A stretch of 64,000 nt of DNA from Selaginella moellendorffii (Eukaryota > Plantae > Lycopodiophyta): positions 1 through 64,000 of the forward strand of contig NW_003314375.1 in NCBI RefSeq assembly GCF_000143415.4, given 5' to 3'. Position 1 is the first letter of the stretch. Each line of letters begins with the position of its first letter. Below the pieces are notes generated by a model, which was not told the DNA's origin, did no database searches, and saw only the letters and a list, made by a program, of their open reading frames with translations. Made by a program: the position numbers and the translations under genes. This document shows, piece after piece, positions 37,572 to 49,565 of this stretch.

Positions 37572-37951
37572 CTTTTTGAACTGGATGACCAAAAGGGATG
37601 CCGGAATATTCTACCGTGACGGTTGCGCCGGGAATATGCCGGCTAACAATAACGTCTCGTGATTTTCAAACCAACGACGGGTAGTTTGTTCTTTTGATCA
37701 TACAAAGATACTCGCAAAGATGAGAAAAATCACAATGTTTGCTATGATCAAACACCTGGAAGCCATCGATCCTCGCAACAAAGAGTACTCACAAATCTCG
37801 ATCAAAATCTGGCCAAGGCAACATCAAACTCTGACACAACACCTGGAAGCCATCTCTCATCGCAAAAAGCGTAGAATTCCTAGATCAAAATCTGGTTTTG
37901 GCAGTGAAAACCGATCACCTTAAAAACCTTGAGCGATCACGATGTTGTCTT

Positions 37952-39085
37952 CTACAAAGTCACGACTGTCGTGAAGAGAGAGCCATCGTCTCTCACAGCC
38001 TGCAAGTGTTCTTCTTTACCCTGGTACGCATTCCACCGCTCTTCGATCCCGTCCATATGTGCCAGTCCCACCACAGCGACGATTTTCCCGTCGCAGCACA
38101 GCAATCTCTTGGTCATGATCTCGTCTCGCTGATCGACTACCGCATCAACCTGATGGGCTTGTCCACGGTCAGCATCGCTAGAGAAAGCAATCGTGTGAAA
38201 GGAATCACGTACCACTTCCGGGAACTCCAGGCGAAGGTCACGAATCAAGCTCGAAGCAATCTCTCTCGTGTTCATGGACTCGAGAAAACTCAAGTTTCGG
38301 TTTTGTATGGCGTGGAGCATCACCTGGCACTCTTTCATTGTCCAGAGCTTTCTTATGAGCCTGAAAGCAACAGGCATGGTGAGTGCTCGATTCAGTCTCT
38401 CCTTGGTGACCTTCATTTTGGTCTATGTAAGAAAACGAGCTCAAAAAGACGGATTTTTACCTTGCTGTTCTCATCGATGAGATGAATTTCAGCACCGAGT
38501 TTCATAGCTTCAGTGCCTGCTACCTGAAAGGATTAAAAAAAAAAAGAACCATGAGAACAGTGAAAAGTTCTACCTTAAGAATGCATACCACGAACTCTGA
38601 TGCTGTTGCTATCCCGGCGTCCCTCACACCTTGATAGTAGAAGTGAAGCACGACGTGCAGTAGCCTCTCTCCAAAAGTTCCAGGACAGTCGAGAAACTCT
38701 CGAATCACTCCACGCCTCGGCCCATCATCTCCTCCATCTGGTTCCAACAAGCAATCCATTCGAGAAGGACATAACTCCACCTGTGTCGCAGCAACAATGT
38801 AGCCTAGCTCGATCGTGAATCACGTACTCACCGCGACGACATTGGGCCTCACCGATCGAATAAGCTAGGGATTTGGAGCAAAATCCCGTGTCAATCGCGT
38901 AGCATAGAAATCGCGGAGATTACCTGTTGGACTTTATCAGCGCTGCGCTGCGAGATGTGCATCGTGCCTATCAGATGGACCTCCGCGCCATTGGCCGCAT
39001 TGTAGAGGCGAGCGACGTTGTCGGCGGCAGCGAAGCTCTCCCGAGAGAATCGGAGCCCTCTCTTCAAGAGCGCCAAGCTCCTCAT
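37952..39085 (-). CDS. TraB/PrgY (pheromone shutdown)-family protein, probable mitochondrial presequence; multi-exon
   Basis: EVHLIGTMHISQRSADKVQQVI, VELCPSRM, QRDEIMTKRL...KIVAVVGLAHMDGIEERW. Confidence 0.88.
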
Positions 39086-39098
39086 TTGCAAAATCGAT

Positions 39099-39107
39099 AA
39101 ACCCTAA
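39099..39107 (+). promoter_or_regulatory. Telo-box (AAACCCTAA) next to the TraB start; similar boxes at 41192, 42908 and 54520-54535
   Basis: AAACCCTA motifs lie within ~15-120 nt of the ATGs of TraB, macrodomain 2, the GOLD gene and lumazine synthase, the typical position of plant telo-boxes. Confidence 0.6.
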
Positions 39108-39175
39108 GAAGCTAATGCTTTAAAGTGGGCATCTATTCCGAATGTTCTTGTCTCATTGCTGGAAAAACCTTCCTT

Positions 39176-40745
39176 CTAGAGATATGGAATTGGCGACTGC
39201 TGTTCTTGAGGCGGCGGTGGCATTGGGATCGTCTTCCTCTCCTTGATCGCTTCCAGGACTTTGTTTGCCTCGTCGATGAACGCATCATACCCCTCGATGT
39301 TCCTTATCACGATGTCAATCTGATGGAGAAGAGAAGATCAGTGTCGCAAGGGTGCCAAAGTTTGAGCAAGTTCTTACTTGTGTGAAACCCTGGCAGCCGT
39401 TTTTCAATGCCTTCAACGCTACTTCAGCTCCCTCCGAGTAAGGATACCTGCGTAGCTCCACATTCGCAAAGAGAAACGAATTAAAAGAGTGATTTTTACC
39501 CGTAGATTCGGCACGAGAGGGGAGGGAACACGATGTGCTTGATGCCTTCCGTCGCAGCAAGAGCCAACGCCGAGCTGAAACATCAAACGATGCGAGTGAG
39601 GTGGAACTCTCCGGCTCAAACCAAATAGAAACTTACGCGTAAGTTTTCTCTAAGTCGGCATCCGACTCCCTCCCTTCATAGACAGGACCTACGGCATGGA
39701 TGACTCGCGAAACAGGAAGATTGAAAGCTCTGCACAAGAAACACGAAAGAGAACAATGAGAAAAAAATATAACTTGCGGCAAATGAAATACTTTGTGCTG
39801 ACTGCTTGCCCAACTTCACACTTAACGCCATGAGGAGCGACGTCTGGAAGCCTTTGGCAGGCAGACAAGAGCCTCGGCCCAGCAACCTTGTGAATAACTA
39901 GAAAAGAAAAGAGAGCAAAGCAGTCAGCTTGAATCCAACATGTTTTCCAAGCAAAGCAGCATACCTCCATCAACAGCAGCTCCAGCATTCACTTTCTTGT
40001 TCGCAGGAGCCACCTGAGAATGCAAAAGAGAAAACCAAAATCATCCACCAAAAGAAGAGGAGGCAACACTTACAATGGCATCAGTAGCACCGTCGACTCG
40101 CCACTTGGTAATGTCTCCAAAGTAGATCGTCATGGAGCACGTATCCGAGAGCTTGAACTGTTCTCGCTGCATGAGCTCCGTCGGTGGCGGCGGAGGATTC
40201 AGCCACTCGATCACCCTCGAGTTCGTCGGCCTCTCGGGGTGGTATGGTCGCGGTGGTGGCTCCGGCTTCGCATAGGGGGACCTGTAAGTCGATTTGATCG
40301 GCTTTCCATCTTTATCCGTAGGCTCGGGAAGATCGAGTTCGGGAATTCCCAGAGCCGAGAGACCTTTGTTCTCAGGAACTGGAGGTGGCGGCTCGGCGTT
40401 CGTAGACTTTGGTGGCAGCTTGTCTGGATTGAGAGTCCTCGGTGGTGGCGGCGGTGGTTTAACCGGCGGCGGCGGACCATAGTAAGGCACTGGAGGTGGC
40501 GGCGGCGTGTAGTACTCCTCCACTGGAAGCTTGTACTCGTTTGGCTGGCCTTGTCTTGGAATTCTAGGAGGAAATGGGTCAGAAGGATAGACGGAACGAA
40601 TCACTATCCTTGACGAAGATGGCCTGGTGTGTAGAGGCGGGGACGAAATTCCATGCTTGCTGCTGGCTTCGCCATGGAAGCTGGAAGAGAATGCCGGTAG
40701 AGGAGCAGCGAGCCGGATTGCTCCGACCTGTATGGCTTGCGCCAT
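39176..40745 (-). CDS. Macrodomain (MacroD/Appr-1''-p type) protein 1, with transit-peptide-like and Pro-rich N-terminus
   Basis: YFGDITKWRVDGATDAIV/APANKKVNAGAAVDG..HKVAGPRL...CEVGQAV...FNLPVSRVIHAVGPVY...YPYSEGAEVAL; stop at 39176. Confidence 0.88.
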
Positions 40746-41309
40746 TCCTGGAAGAAAGAGATGTCAAATCCCAGCAAACGAGAGAAGAGAGTCACAGAAC
40801 TAGGGAAAGCAAGAGAAATGCGAGCGATAGCGCGGATTCTACACAAAGAACACGATGAATCCCACACAAGAGCTACTGGCGAAGCTAGAAACCACGCATT
40901 GTCACACAGAACTAGGGAAAGCAAGAGAAGTACGAGCGATACCACGGATTCTAAATAAACAACGCGATGAAATTCCACGAAAGAGCTACTGGCGATGCTA
41001 GAAACCATAATCGCGAGCCATACCTCAAGAACGCGCTCGCTTGCTCGCACCCTGGCGCCAGGGAAGAGCCCTTCCAGGGTTTAAACACCTAGCCGGGAGA
41101 TCGCGCGCATCGCGACCGTCTAGAGATTATGCCCGTAAGATATTTTCCAGAGGGATAAGAGATGAGCGGCCACGATTAGAGAACCGCTGATAAACCCTAG
41201 AGGAGGCGCTGAGGCGCAGGTAAAGCTTTCATCGATTCTTCGTTCGATCAGCGATTTCTAGCTCGAAATTTCTAGGTCTTATCGATCGATCGACCAGGTG
41301 GTAGCGCCA

Positions 41310-42790
41310 ATGCAGGGGATTAGCAAGCTCAGGGTCGCGCCGCTGTCCGGTCTCCGGCTCGGGAGCTCTGGTTTCCTTGGAAGCGCGCGCGCATTCCAGA
41401 CGAGCTCCACGGCCTTGTTTCGGCACGATGCGAGCCCCGGATTTGGAGCTGGGGTCGTCCGGGCGGCAATGCGGCCGGATGGATTGCCTCACAAGCGCCC
41501 ACACTTTGATAACTGGCAGAGGTCTCCTCCGGTGAGCACTGAGCCCCCAAAGCCGCCAGAGCCTCTCACGGGTGGAGTCAAGTACAAGCTTAGCGACCAT
41601 TGCACGCTCGTTATGTGGAAGGGAGATATAGTCATCTGGCACGTCGATGGACAAACTGATGCTATTGTAAGTTCTCTCCAATTTTTTTCCTCTTCGTTTC
41701 GAATTTTTTTTTTTTTTTTCTAGCTTTATGATTGTTCTTTATTTTCCTAGTTCTTGGTTTTTCGTTTGATCCTTAGTTCGTTCTTTGCTATTCGTTTCGT
41801 TCTTTTCTCTAGCTTTGGGTCTGATGGTTTTTCTTCTTTTTTTCTGGTTTTTGGTTTTGGTTTCGATCTTTCGTCTATGCTCGAGTGGTTAATTTTGTTC
41901 GTTTTTTCCTGGTTATGGTTTTTCCTTTTGATCCTATTCTCCTTTCGCGTGGTTTTTCGCATTGTTTTTGTTCTTCTCTGGTTCTTACATGAAATGGAAC
42001 TTACGAATTGTGTGCTTAGGTTGCTCCAGCAAACAAGAAAGTGAATGCTGGCCTGGGGATCAATGGAGGTGAGAGAAACCATACACTCTTTTTTCGCGAT
42101 CTAAAAACTCGGTTTTGATTTTCGTCCCTGTGTTGCAGCAATTCATAGAGCTGCTGGCCCGAGGCTCGCTGATGCCGGTGCAAAGCTGCCGGATATGGCA
42201 CCTCAAGGAGTGAAATGCGTTATCGGGGCAGCGGTCGTCACTAGGTATCGTAGAAACCCGAGCTCTCAACGCTGACTTCCACTTCCCAGGGCTTTCAACC
42301 TCAAGGTTTCTCGAGTCATCCACGCTGTGGCTCCAGTCTATCAGGAGAGAGACGATGCTTCACCCCGGGATCTCAACAGCGCATACAGGTGGGACACATT
42401 TTCTAGTTTTCCAGCCTTGTAAGTAACACTTTTCTGGTGAAAACAAACAGGAGTGCTTTGGAGCTCGCCAACCGCGAAGGCGTGAAATACATTTGCTTTG
42501 CTGCGATGTCTTGCGGCCTCTACGGGTATGACTCACTTCCAAACAATCGATTTCACTCACTCGCGAGATGATCAATCAGATATCCTTACGACGAAGCAGC
42601 TGAGATCGCCTTGACGCAATGCTTGCGGAATCACGGAGACATCCGGGAGGTAAAAAATTGGTTTTCTTTTTCATTCGTTTCTTCGTCAAAAACCATTGTT
42701 TTGCTTGAATCACAGGTCCATTTTGTATTGAAAGAACAGGACTACTACGATACATGGCTCGACGAAGCGAAGCGTATTTTCAAGTGCTGA
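41310..42790 (+). CDS. Macrodomain protein 2 (divergently transcribed paralog), presequence-like N-terminus
   Basis: WKGDIVIWHVDGQTDAIV/APANKKVNAGLGING/AIHRAAGPRL...FNLKVSRVIHAVAPVY...FAAMSCGLYG/YPYDEAAEIAL...VHFVL..WLDEAKRIFKC*. Confidence 0.88.
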
Positions 42791-42951
42791 AAGAGCTCTT
42801 CGTTCGTTCTCTTCGTTTTTCTAATAGAAAATTTCGTACCACGAAGGTCGTCCTTTCGAAAGGGACATTCCAATGCTTTGCGGATATTCCCGGCATAATT
42901 CGTTCTCTAGGGTTTGTCAAAAGCAGAGCAGAGGAGGGGAGAGCTCCGGGG

Positions 42952-45034
42952 ATGGCTTCCACGGAAGGTCTGGTGCCAATCACCCGGGATTTCCTATCCA
43001 GATTCTACGATCGCTACCCGTTTGAGGCGCTCGCGCCGGGGATCGCCGCGGCGGATTCGCAGCTCCGCGAGGAGAATGAGCGGATGAGCAAGCATTGCGC
43101 GGAGGAATCAGGTCAGTCTCCTGGAATTGCCCCTGTTCGTTTAGGCGCATCGGCATTCTGGCAGGGAACGATCTCATCCTTGACTTGTCGTTCGATTCGC
43201 CTCACAAGATCGACGAGAACTTGTGGAAGAACCGGGAGCAAGTGGAGGAGATTTTGTATTTGCTGGAGAAGAGGCACTGGCCTTCTACTGTAAGTTTTTC
43301 CTTTCTTCTCTGTGGAATTGTATGACTTCTTTGCTTCTTCTTTCCTTTTCTTCCAGCTAAATGGACCACAAATGCCTGACAAGCTTTACAAGCTAGCTCT
43401 GGAGCTACAGGGCCTGCTCAAGTTCATTGAAGACTACCAGTCTTTCAGCTCTGAAAAGATCTTCAGCATGAGTACGCTTAGCGTTTTTCTGTGAAGTACT
43501 TCATCTCTTTTTCCATCTTTGTGGACAGTTCTTACGTACATGCCTCAAGATTTTCGAGCGTCTCTAATCAAGCAGCAACGCGACCGCTCCGAGAAGAAGC
43601 GGCAAGCCGAGGTAGAAACGCTCTTAAATGGTGGTGGTAGCATTCAGGAAAAATATAATCTACTGTGGAAACAACAAATGGAAAGGTAGAGGGTGGGGCA
43701 TTTTCTACTGCTTTAACCGGACTGTCTGGACACTATGTAGACGCAAGCAATTGGTGATGCTGGGATCTGCTTCAGGTGTGTACAAGACGCTGATAAGATT
43801 TCTCGTCGGTGTGCCTCAGGTCTGTTTTGTACATTGGTCCGGCCCTTGTGTAAGTATGAGCTAGTCCTTTTTTCTTGCAGGTCCTTCTGGACTTCGTGCA
43901 ACAAATAAATGATCACAACGGGTAAGACAGCATCGAGTCGTCTCTAAATCGTGAATCTGTGCTTGTTTTCGTGTGTGAAGCCCCATGGAGGAGCAACGGG
44001 AGCGGTACGGGCCACCACTTTATCAGCTTACTCAACTCGGTTTGCACATACGAATCTTTCTGACTTTGTGGTGGAAGACATTTAATCGTGACACGACGTA
44101 AGCAAGCAAGCAAGCAAGCAAGCAGTTTTTCCTGTTACTGACTTTGGTTTTCTGAGCTTGAATGCAGGGCTCAAGACAGCCGCTTGGACTTGCTAGAGGA
44201 GTCCGTGAAGCTTTATTCGTCGGAACTCAAGCGTTTTCTGACATTTTTGAGGTATGAAGTCTTTGATTCTGTCCAAAAGCTCTCGTCATTTATCAGGGAA
44301 GTTTTCGAGCATTCCCCGTTTCTTATATCGGCGGAAGAAGCAGGAACAAATGGGGGAAAGTAAGCTAGCTGGCTTTGTTTGGATGATCCTGGATAAAATT
44401 ACTTTTATGCAGGACCATGGTCAATGATTTTAAGGAAACCGTGATCTCCACAGGGAAAACTCACGAGGTGAATCAATTTTTCGTGGTCTTCAGGCATCTC
44501 ACAGCTCTGTTCTTCCAGGTTCTCTTGCCCGTCGACAGCGAGGGATCATACGTTGCGTGGGAGTTTAAACTGACATCCGGGAAGGTTTGCTCGTCACTCC
44601 TGTTCTCGCAGACGGCTTACAAGGCTTGAAATCTCTACAGGACGTTGGCTTTAGCGTCGAATACATTAGCTCGAACGGCGCAAAGATGGTACGTTTGATG
44701 ATTTCACAATACTTTCGTGATAGCTTTCTCCCCGCTGCAGCAAATGCTACCATATCAACGATATGACTCGCACCAGGTCCGTGATAAATAACTCGTTCAT
44801 TCGACAAGTTTTAAGCTTGCTTCTCGTTCCAGGGGAACTTCTACTCGCCGGGCGTCGGATCTTACAAACTAGTCTGGGACAACTCCTACTCCACATTCTA
44901 CAGAAAGGTAAGGCCGCCTAGATCACGCTAGCGTTTCTATTGACGAGCGTGATACACACTTGCAGACCGTGCGGTACAAGGTGGACGCCATCCCTCCCGT
45001 CGCGGACGCGCAGAAGCTCGAAGACCAAAATTGA
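42952..45034 (+). CDS. Conserved plant protein with C-terminal GOLD domain (multi-exon)
   Basis: MASTEGLVPITRDFLSRFYDRYPF, PHKIDENLWKNREQVEEI, TYMPQDFR, LVGVPQVLLDFV; GOLD-like YVAWEFKL..GK.DVGFSVEY and GSYKLVWDNSYSTFYRK. Confidence 0.88.
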
Positions 45035-45599
45035 AAAAGGGTATATTCTTCAGATATCTATCTCGGATATTCTACAGAATATTCTTTGGATGGGCTTAGG
45101 GCTAGTTTAGTCTAATTGTGGTACTGTCAAGCTTAATTATTCTATAGGATATTCCTATAGAATAAGTTTTGGTGGGAATTCTTAAGTTTAGTTTAGTTTA
45201 ACTGAGTCACGCTTAATGAGACAAGCTTGGAAAGAGAGATTCGCCTTTGTTGGTATATATGGTATGCGCGTCTGCTGTTGAAACTACACGAGGAATATCG
45301 CTTGGGTGGCTGGTGAGCAATCAAACAATTTCTCTCTTGTACCTTTGCGCGCTGGGATCGATTGAGAATCGCTGGCCCCCATGGTGGATGGGCCCCCGCT
45401 GCGCTTTGTTCGTCCACCCTGAATCCAAGGCTCATTAAAAAGCTTTCCCAAAGTGCGTAGCGAGGAAAGCTCTCTTTTCTCTCTGTAGCGGGACATGACA
45501 AGGTCGTGGTCACTGGTGTGGCTTTCGTGGGTGGGCGATGGACCATCGCAAACCAACCGGCCGCCTCACGCGCTCTCTCATTGACCGGGCACAGCCTTT

Positions 45600-46172
45600 C
45601 CTCACGGCTTACAACGGGATCTTCATAAGCTCCACTTTTCCGGCGGGGGTGACATCCCCCAGGCGCTCGTGAAGCACAAGGTGGCGGACGAGATCAGGTT
45701 CCGCTCAACCGACGTGCTGAGTAATGGCGGAGTGAACGTCGGTGGGCACTTTCCGGCCCGACATCCAGTCCCAGCTGGTGGCATTCCTCGATCAGAACCA
45801 GTGCCCCTTCACCATCAACCTCTACCCCTTCCTCAGCCTGCAGCAGGATGCAAACTTCCCCCGAGAGTTCGCCTTCTTCGCCGTGCCACCGACAGTCGAC
45901 GGCGCTCTTTCCTACACCTTCGACGTCTTCGACGCGTCGTATGCGGTGGCGACGGAAATGCGTCGCATGCCTTCAACAGCTACTACCAGCTCAAGAGCCA
46001 GGTCGGGAACAGCTGCTACTTCGATGGCCTCGGCAAAGTCACGGACGTGGATCCGTCGCAAGGGGATTGCAAGTTTAAGATTGGGATTGTGACGGCCTCG
46101 TCTCCTCCTGGATTGTCGGCGGCAATGTCATTGTTGGCCGCCTCCTTGGCGTTTCTCTTCTTGCTTTTCTAA
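45600..46172 (+). pseudogene. Internally deleted beta-1,3-glucanase (GH17)-X8-GPI gene remnant
   Basis: [30 protein letters not shown]...FDASY jumps directly (frameshift) to the X8 C-terminal half [11 protein letters not shown]....[18 protein letters not shown] and a hydrophobic GPI-type tail. Confidence 0.8.
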
Positions 46173-46183
46173 GTAGGCCTCCA

Positions 46184-46260
46184 AGCTGGAACGTTCCATA
46201 CCAATTGGACTACCGGTAGCGATCGCTACTGGTAGTCTAATTGGTATGGAACGTCCAGCT
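46184..46260. repeat. 77-bp near-perfect palindrome with no spacer
   Basis: AGCTGGAACGTTCCATACCAATTGGACTACCGGTAGCGA|TCGCTACTGGTAGTCTAATTGGTATGGAACGTCCAGCT; one bulge and two G-T mismatches. Confidence 0.92.
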
Positions 46261-46359
46261 ATCACAGCCTCGCAACAGTTCGCTGCTCGTTGGGAAATCC
46301 AGGGAGCTGGTGCGCTGGTGCGCGTATGTCAATATAAAGGTTTTGCAAAGTCTTAGGGC

Positions 46360-48158
46360 ATGGCGGAGATGGAGGGGGACGAGTCATTTTTGAACGCGCT
46401 GTGGGAGAAGGCACGAATCCATTCGGAGTTTGTGGAAATGCCTGTGCATCTGGTAGCTAGGTACTTCATTCCTCCGACTCCACAGGACAAAGCGGCCACA
46501 CTTCGCTCCTTCCTGAAACAACTTGAAGGTAAGAAACGGCTTCCGAGCAATACATTTGTCACTGGTGCCAAAGATCGTTTTTTCAGGTAAAGAACGGGTT
46601 CCGAGCAATACATATGTCACTAGTGCTAAGGATCCTACCAGTAAGAGACAGAGCGCAATCAGCAGGTATAAACCGGTTTGTGTGCAGCCGGAGACAATGC
46701 TAGGCCAGGCCGACCCGATTCTAGTTGCCCTTCGGTGGCTGTACTTGCTAGTCGAAGGAGATAAAGTGCAGCTCACTCATACAACGGACAGCTAGACTTC
46801 GGAAGATTAAGGTGGCGGAAGCGGCTTACTACCCTGCTATTCTGTGCTTCCTGGAAGCGGCATCTTTTGGGCAGGAGGGTTTGCACTTTGGAGGAGGGAG
46901 ACAGGGAAAGGTAAAAGTCGGATCTTCAGGGTTTCGTGAGCACCGAGATGAAGGCTCCAACCGAAGTGAAGACCTCAGTCAAGCACGGAAAGTGCAGTGA
47001 CCCGACAGGAGTTGAGTCGAATGCACTCTTGATTGGGCAAGAAGCTGAAGACTTGGAATCAACGGAGGGAAATGAGCCTGTGGCTATGGGCTGCCTTTTC
47101 TGCCGCATGGACAGGTTCTGGGTGGTGAAATATTTGCGACAAGACGGAAGTGTGGAGGTGAGTCCTGAGTTCCCACGACCGCAGAAGCCCAATGAAACTC
47201 CGCAGCAGTTGCCCCTGATGAATCCCGCCTTCATACTGATGAAGCTGAGGGATTTGGACGACAGCGCGAGCAGGCTGGGGAGTGTTAGGCTCTGTGATAT
47301 CCTTCCGGGCATGCCGTCAGCGGGATTCTCGACGTTGGTTGCATACATGGACCAGCTGCGTGAGATACATGGTCTACGGGTTTCAGTTGTTCGTTTGCAT
47401 GGAGCACTCAACGATGATATCAGCATCTCAGACCTGAACATCGTCGCTTATGGCCACAAGTCGCTTGTCATGCTCAGGAGATCGCGCTCAACGGTGTTGA
47501 AGATATGTTTGCCTGCAGATGCTGGCACCGAGAGAGCGATACATTCAGCATCGGATGATCATCCTAATCTGCGGCAACTACTGAAGTGGGGGACTGTGGA
47601 CGTCGGGAACAGGGAGGGTGTTTTCCAGTTTTTGGAGTTGGACGGATTTGGGGAGCCTTTCAGTGCGAAGCATGTAAGTGATTTAGCTTCAACTGGGATG
47701 ATGTGGAACCAGGCATTCGAAGGTCTGAGGCATCTTCACGGCAAAGGCATCTTGCATCGAGACGTGAAGCCAGACAACATGCTGGTGTTTAAAGGGAATG
47801 TATTGAAGATCAATGACTACGACGTCTCCTGTTTCAAAACTGATCGTCAGGAATTGAGGAGAAAGGTTGACACTCGCGGCTATCACTCGCCATCCTCGAT
47901 GCAGCCTTACAAAGAAGGAGACGACATCCTATCCCTTGCTCTGGCGTTCTATTCTGCAAAGCTCGGCATCACAAAGTCTTCAAGGGGCGCTTGCAGATCT
48001 TACGATGCTGTTTGGATCCGCGCCTGTTCCCTGCTTGCATGAGGATGGCAGTTGAGGATGCTCTGCGGAAACTCGGCCTCGATCAAGAACAGGATGATGA
48101 AGGCAACGAAGAAGAAGAAAATGACGACGAAGATGAAGATGACGACGAGGAAGGTTAA
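46360..48158 (+). pseudogene. Intronless, frameshifted atypical kinase (FunK1/Crinkler-like) with upstream putative REase-like region and acidic tail
   Basis: Kinase: VAYGHKSLV, VLKI, HPNLRQL, GLRHLHGKGILHRDVKPDNML, KINDYDVS, YHSP, GDDILSLALAF. The upstream part is broken over three frames. Acidic tail QEQDDEGNEEEENDDEDEDDDEEG* lies in another frame ending at 48158. Confidence 0.7.
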
Positions 48159-49565
48159 GCAGAGCATCGTCAGTTGTGATTTTTTTTTGTACTTATCTTT
48201 CTTATTTTATTTTTCTTGTCTTGTTTTTTCTAGTAGAAAGCGGTCTAAATGTGACTATGAAGTTATCATAGCAACGGCAGACTCCACCATTTCGATGACT
48301 TTGTTAGCAAAGAAGATGGAATGATTGAAGCGAGCAAGCAACCAAAGAAGAATGGGAGTTTCAAGCAAAAAAGGGAGGACTGACTGATTGAGCTTGGAAA
48401 GTTTTCCATGATGTGATCTGAGTCACAGCAAGACCGGGAAGGCACAATTAACGCGAGATCCAGTGTGAATCTCCAGCCACACGAAAACAACTTAAAGAAT
48501 GGAATTTGACCGGCAGCACATCAACCAATGCAAATATCCGACCAAACCCACGCGAAGTACCATGGAAGCTTTTTGACAAGTGACCAGCCACTGTTTCGAG
48601 AAGTGATTCCACAATCCACAAGAGATTCTCGGCTTGGATCCGAGAAGGATGGATGGATTTAAAGCCATGGATACACTGAGAGAGACTTTCTCTTGCCTTC
48701 CAGCAAGCCATCCATCCATCCAAAACTTGTCTGACAATGGTGGTCCGGGAGAGACGAATCAAGCAAAGAAAACCCAAAAAAATTAAGCAAAAACAGCGCA
48801 CTAGGAGCATCATAAACGCAAGCAGGGAAGCAATCGATCGTGACTTCAATGAATAAAATTCAAGCCACGGACCCACAAGGACGCAGAAAGAATCCACAGC
48901 CTCACAGCCAAATTCGGATGATCCACAGCAAGCAAAGACAATCCATGAGACAAAGAAAGAAGAAAAGAAAAAAACACTCTAAAGAACAGCGAGGGGAATT
49001 AGATCGCCCACCTCTTGCCTTGTCTCTCTTAAGTAACCGAAATGATGATGACGATGATTGATGGTGGTTTCCGGGGCCTCCATTGTTTACTCCAATTTGT
49101 CTAATGGTTGCCACGAATTCGATGACACGGGATCTGATCCAAGAAAGAAAGTTGCGTGAAAGAGAAAAAGAAAGGATCGGGATCATCAGGCGCAAGAACA
49201 CGACAAACCAGAGCAATGCACAAAAGGCGAAACTTAAAAGGAAAAAACCGCGATGACTCTCTTTCCACAGACAAACACCACATCTATAGCTCGTGAAGAG
49301 CGCGAGCGAATTTCCCTGAGGATCTTTTCCGAAGACTAAACAACCAATGCCATCAATCCGGAGGAGCCAAATTCCCCTCCCCTGATCTACGCTAGGCGGC
49401 GGACCTTCTTTCCTTTCTACCAAAAAAGAAAGACGAAGAAATCCTCTACTCCAGCCTCCAAGACCCCTCTCTCTCTCTCTCTCTCTCTCCCCTGATCAGA
49501 TACTTCGCTCGATCTAGCAAAGAAGAAGCGAAATTCCACACCTGCATCACCGATCTGTGCTGGAA

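Noticed and set aside
41747-42082. Lys/Arg-rich and Phe-rich ORFs
   Set aside because: Artefacts of the T-rich first intron of macrodomain gene 2
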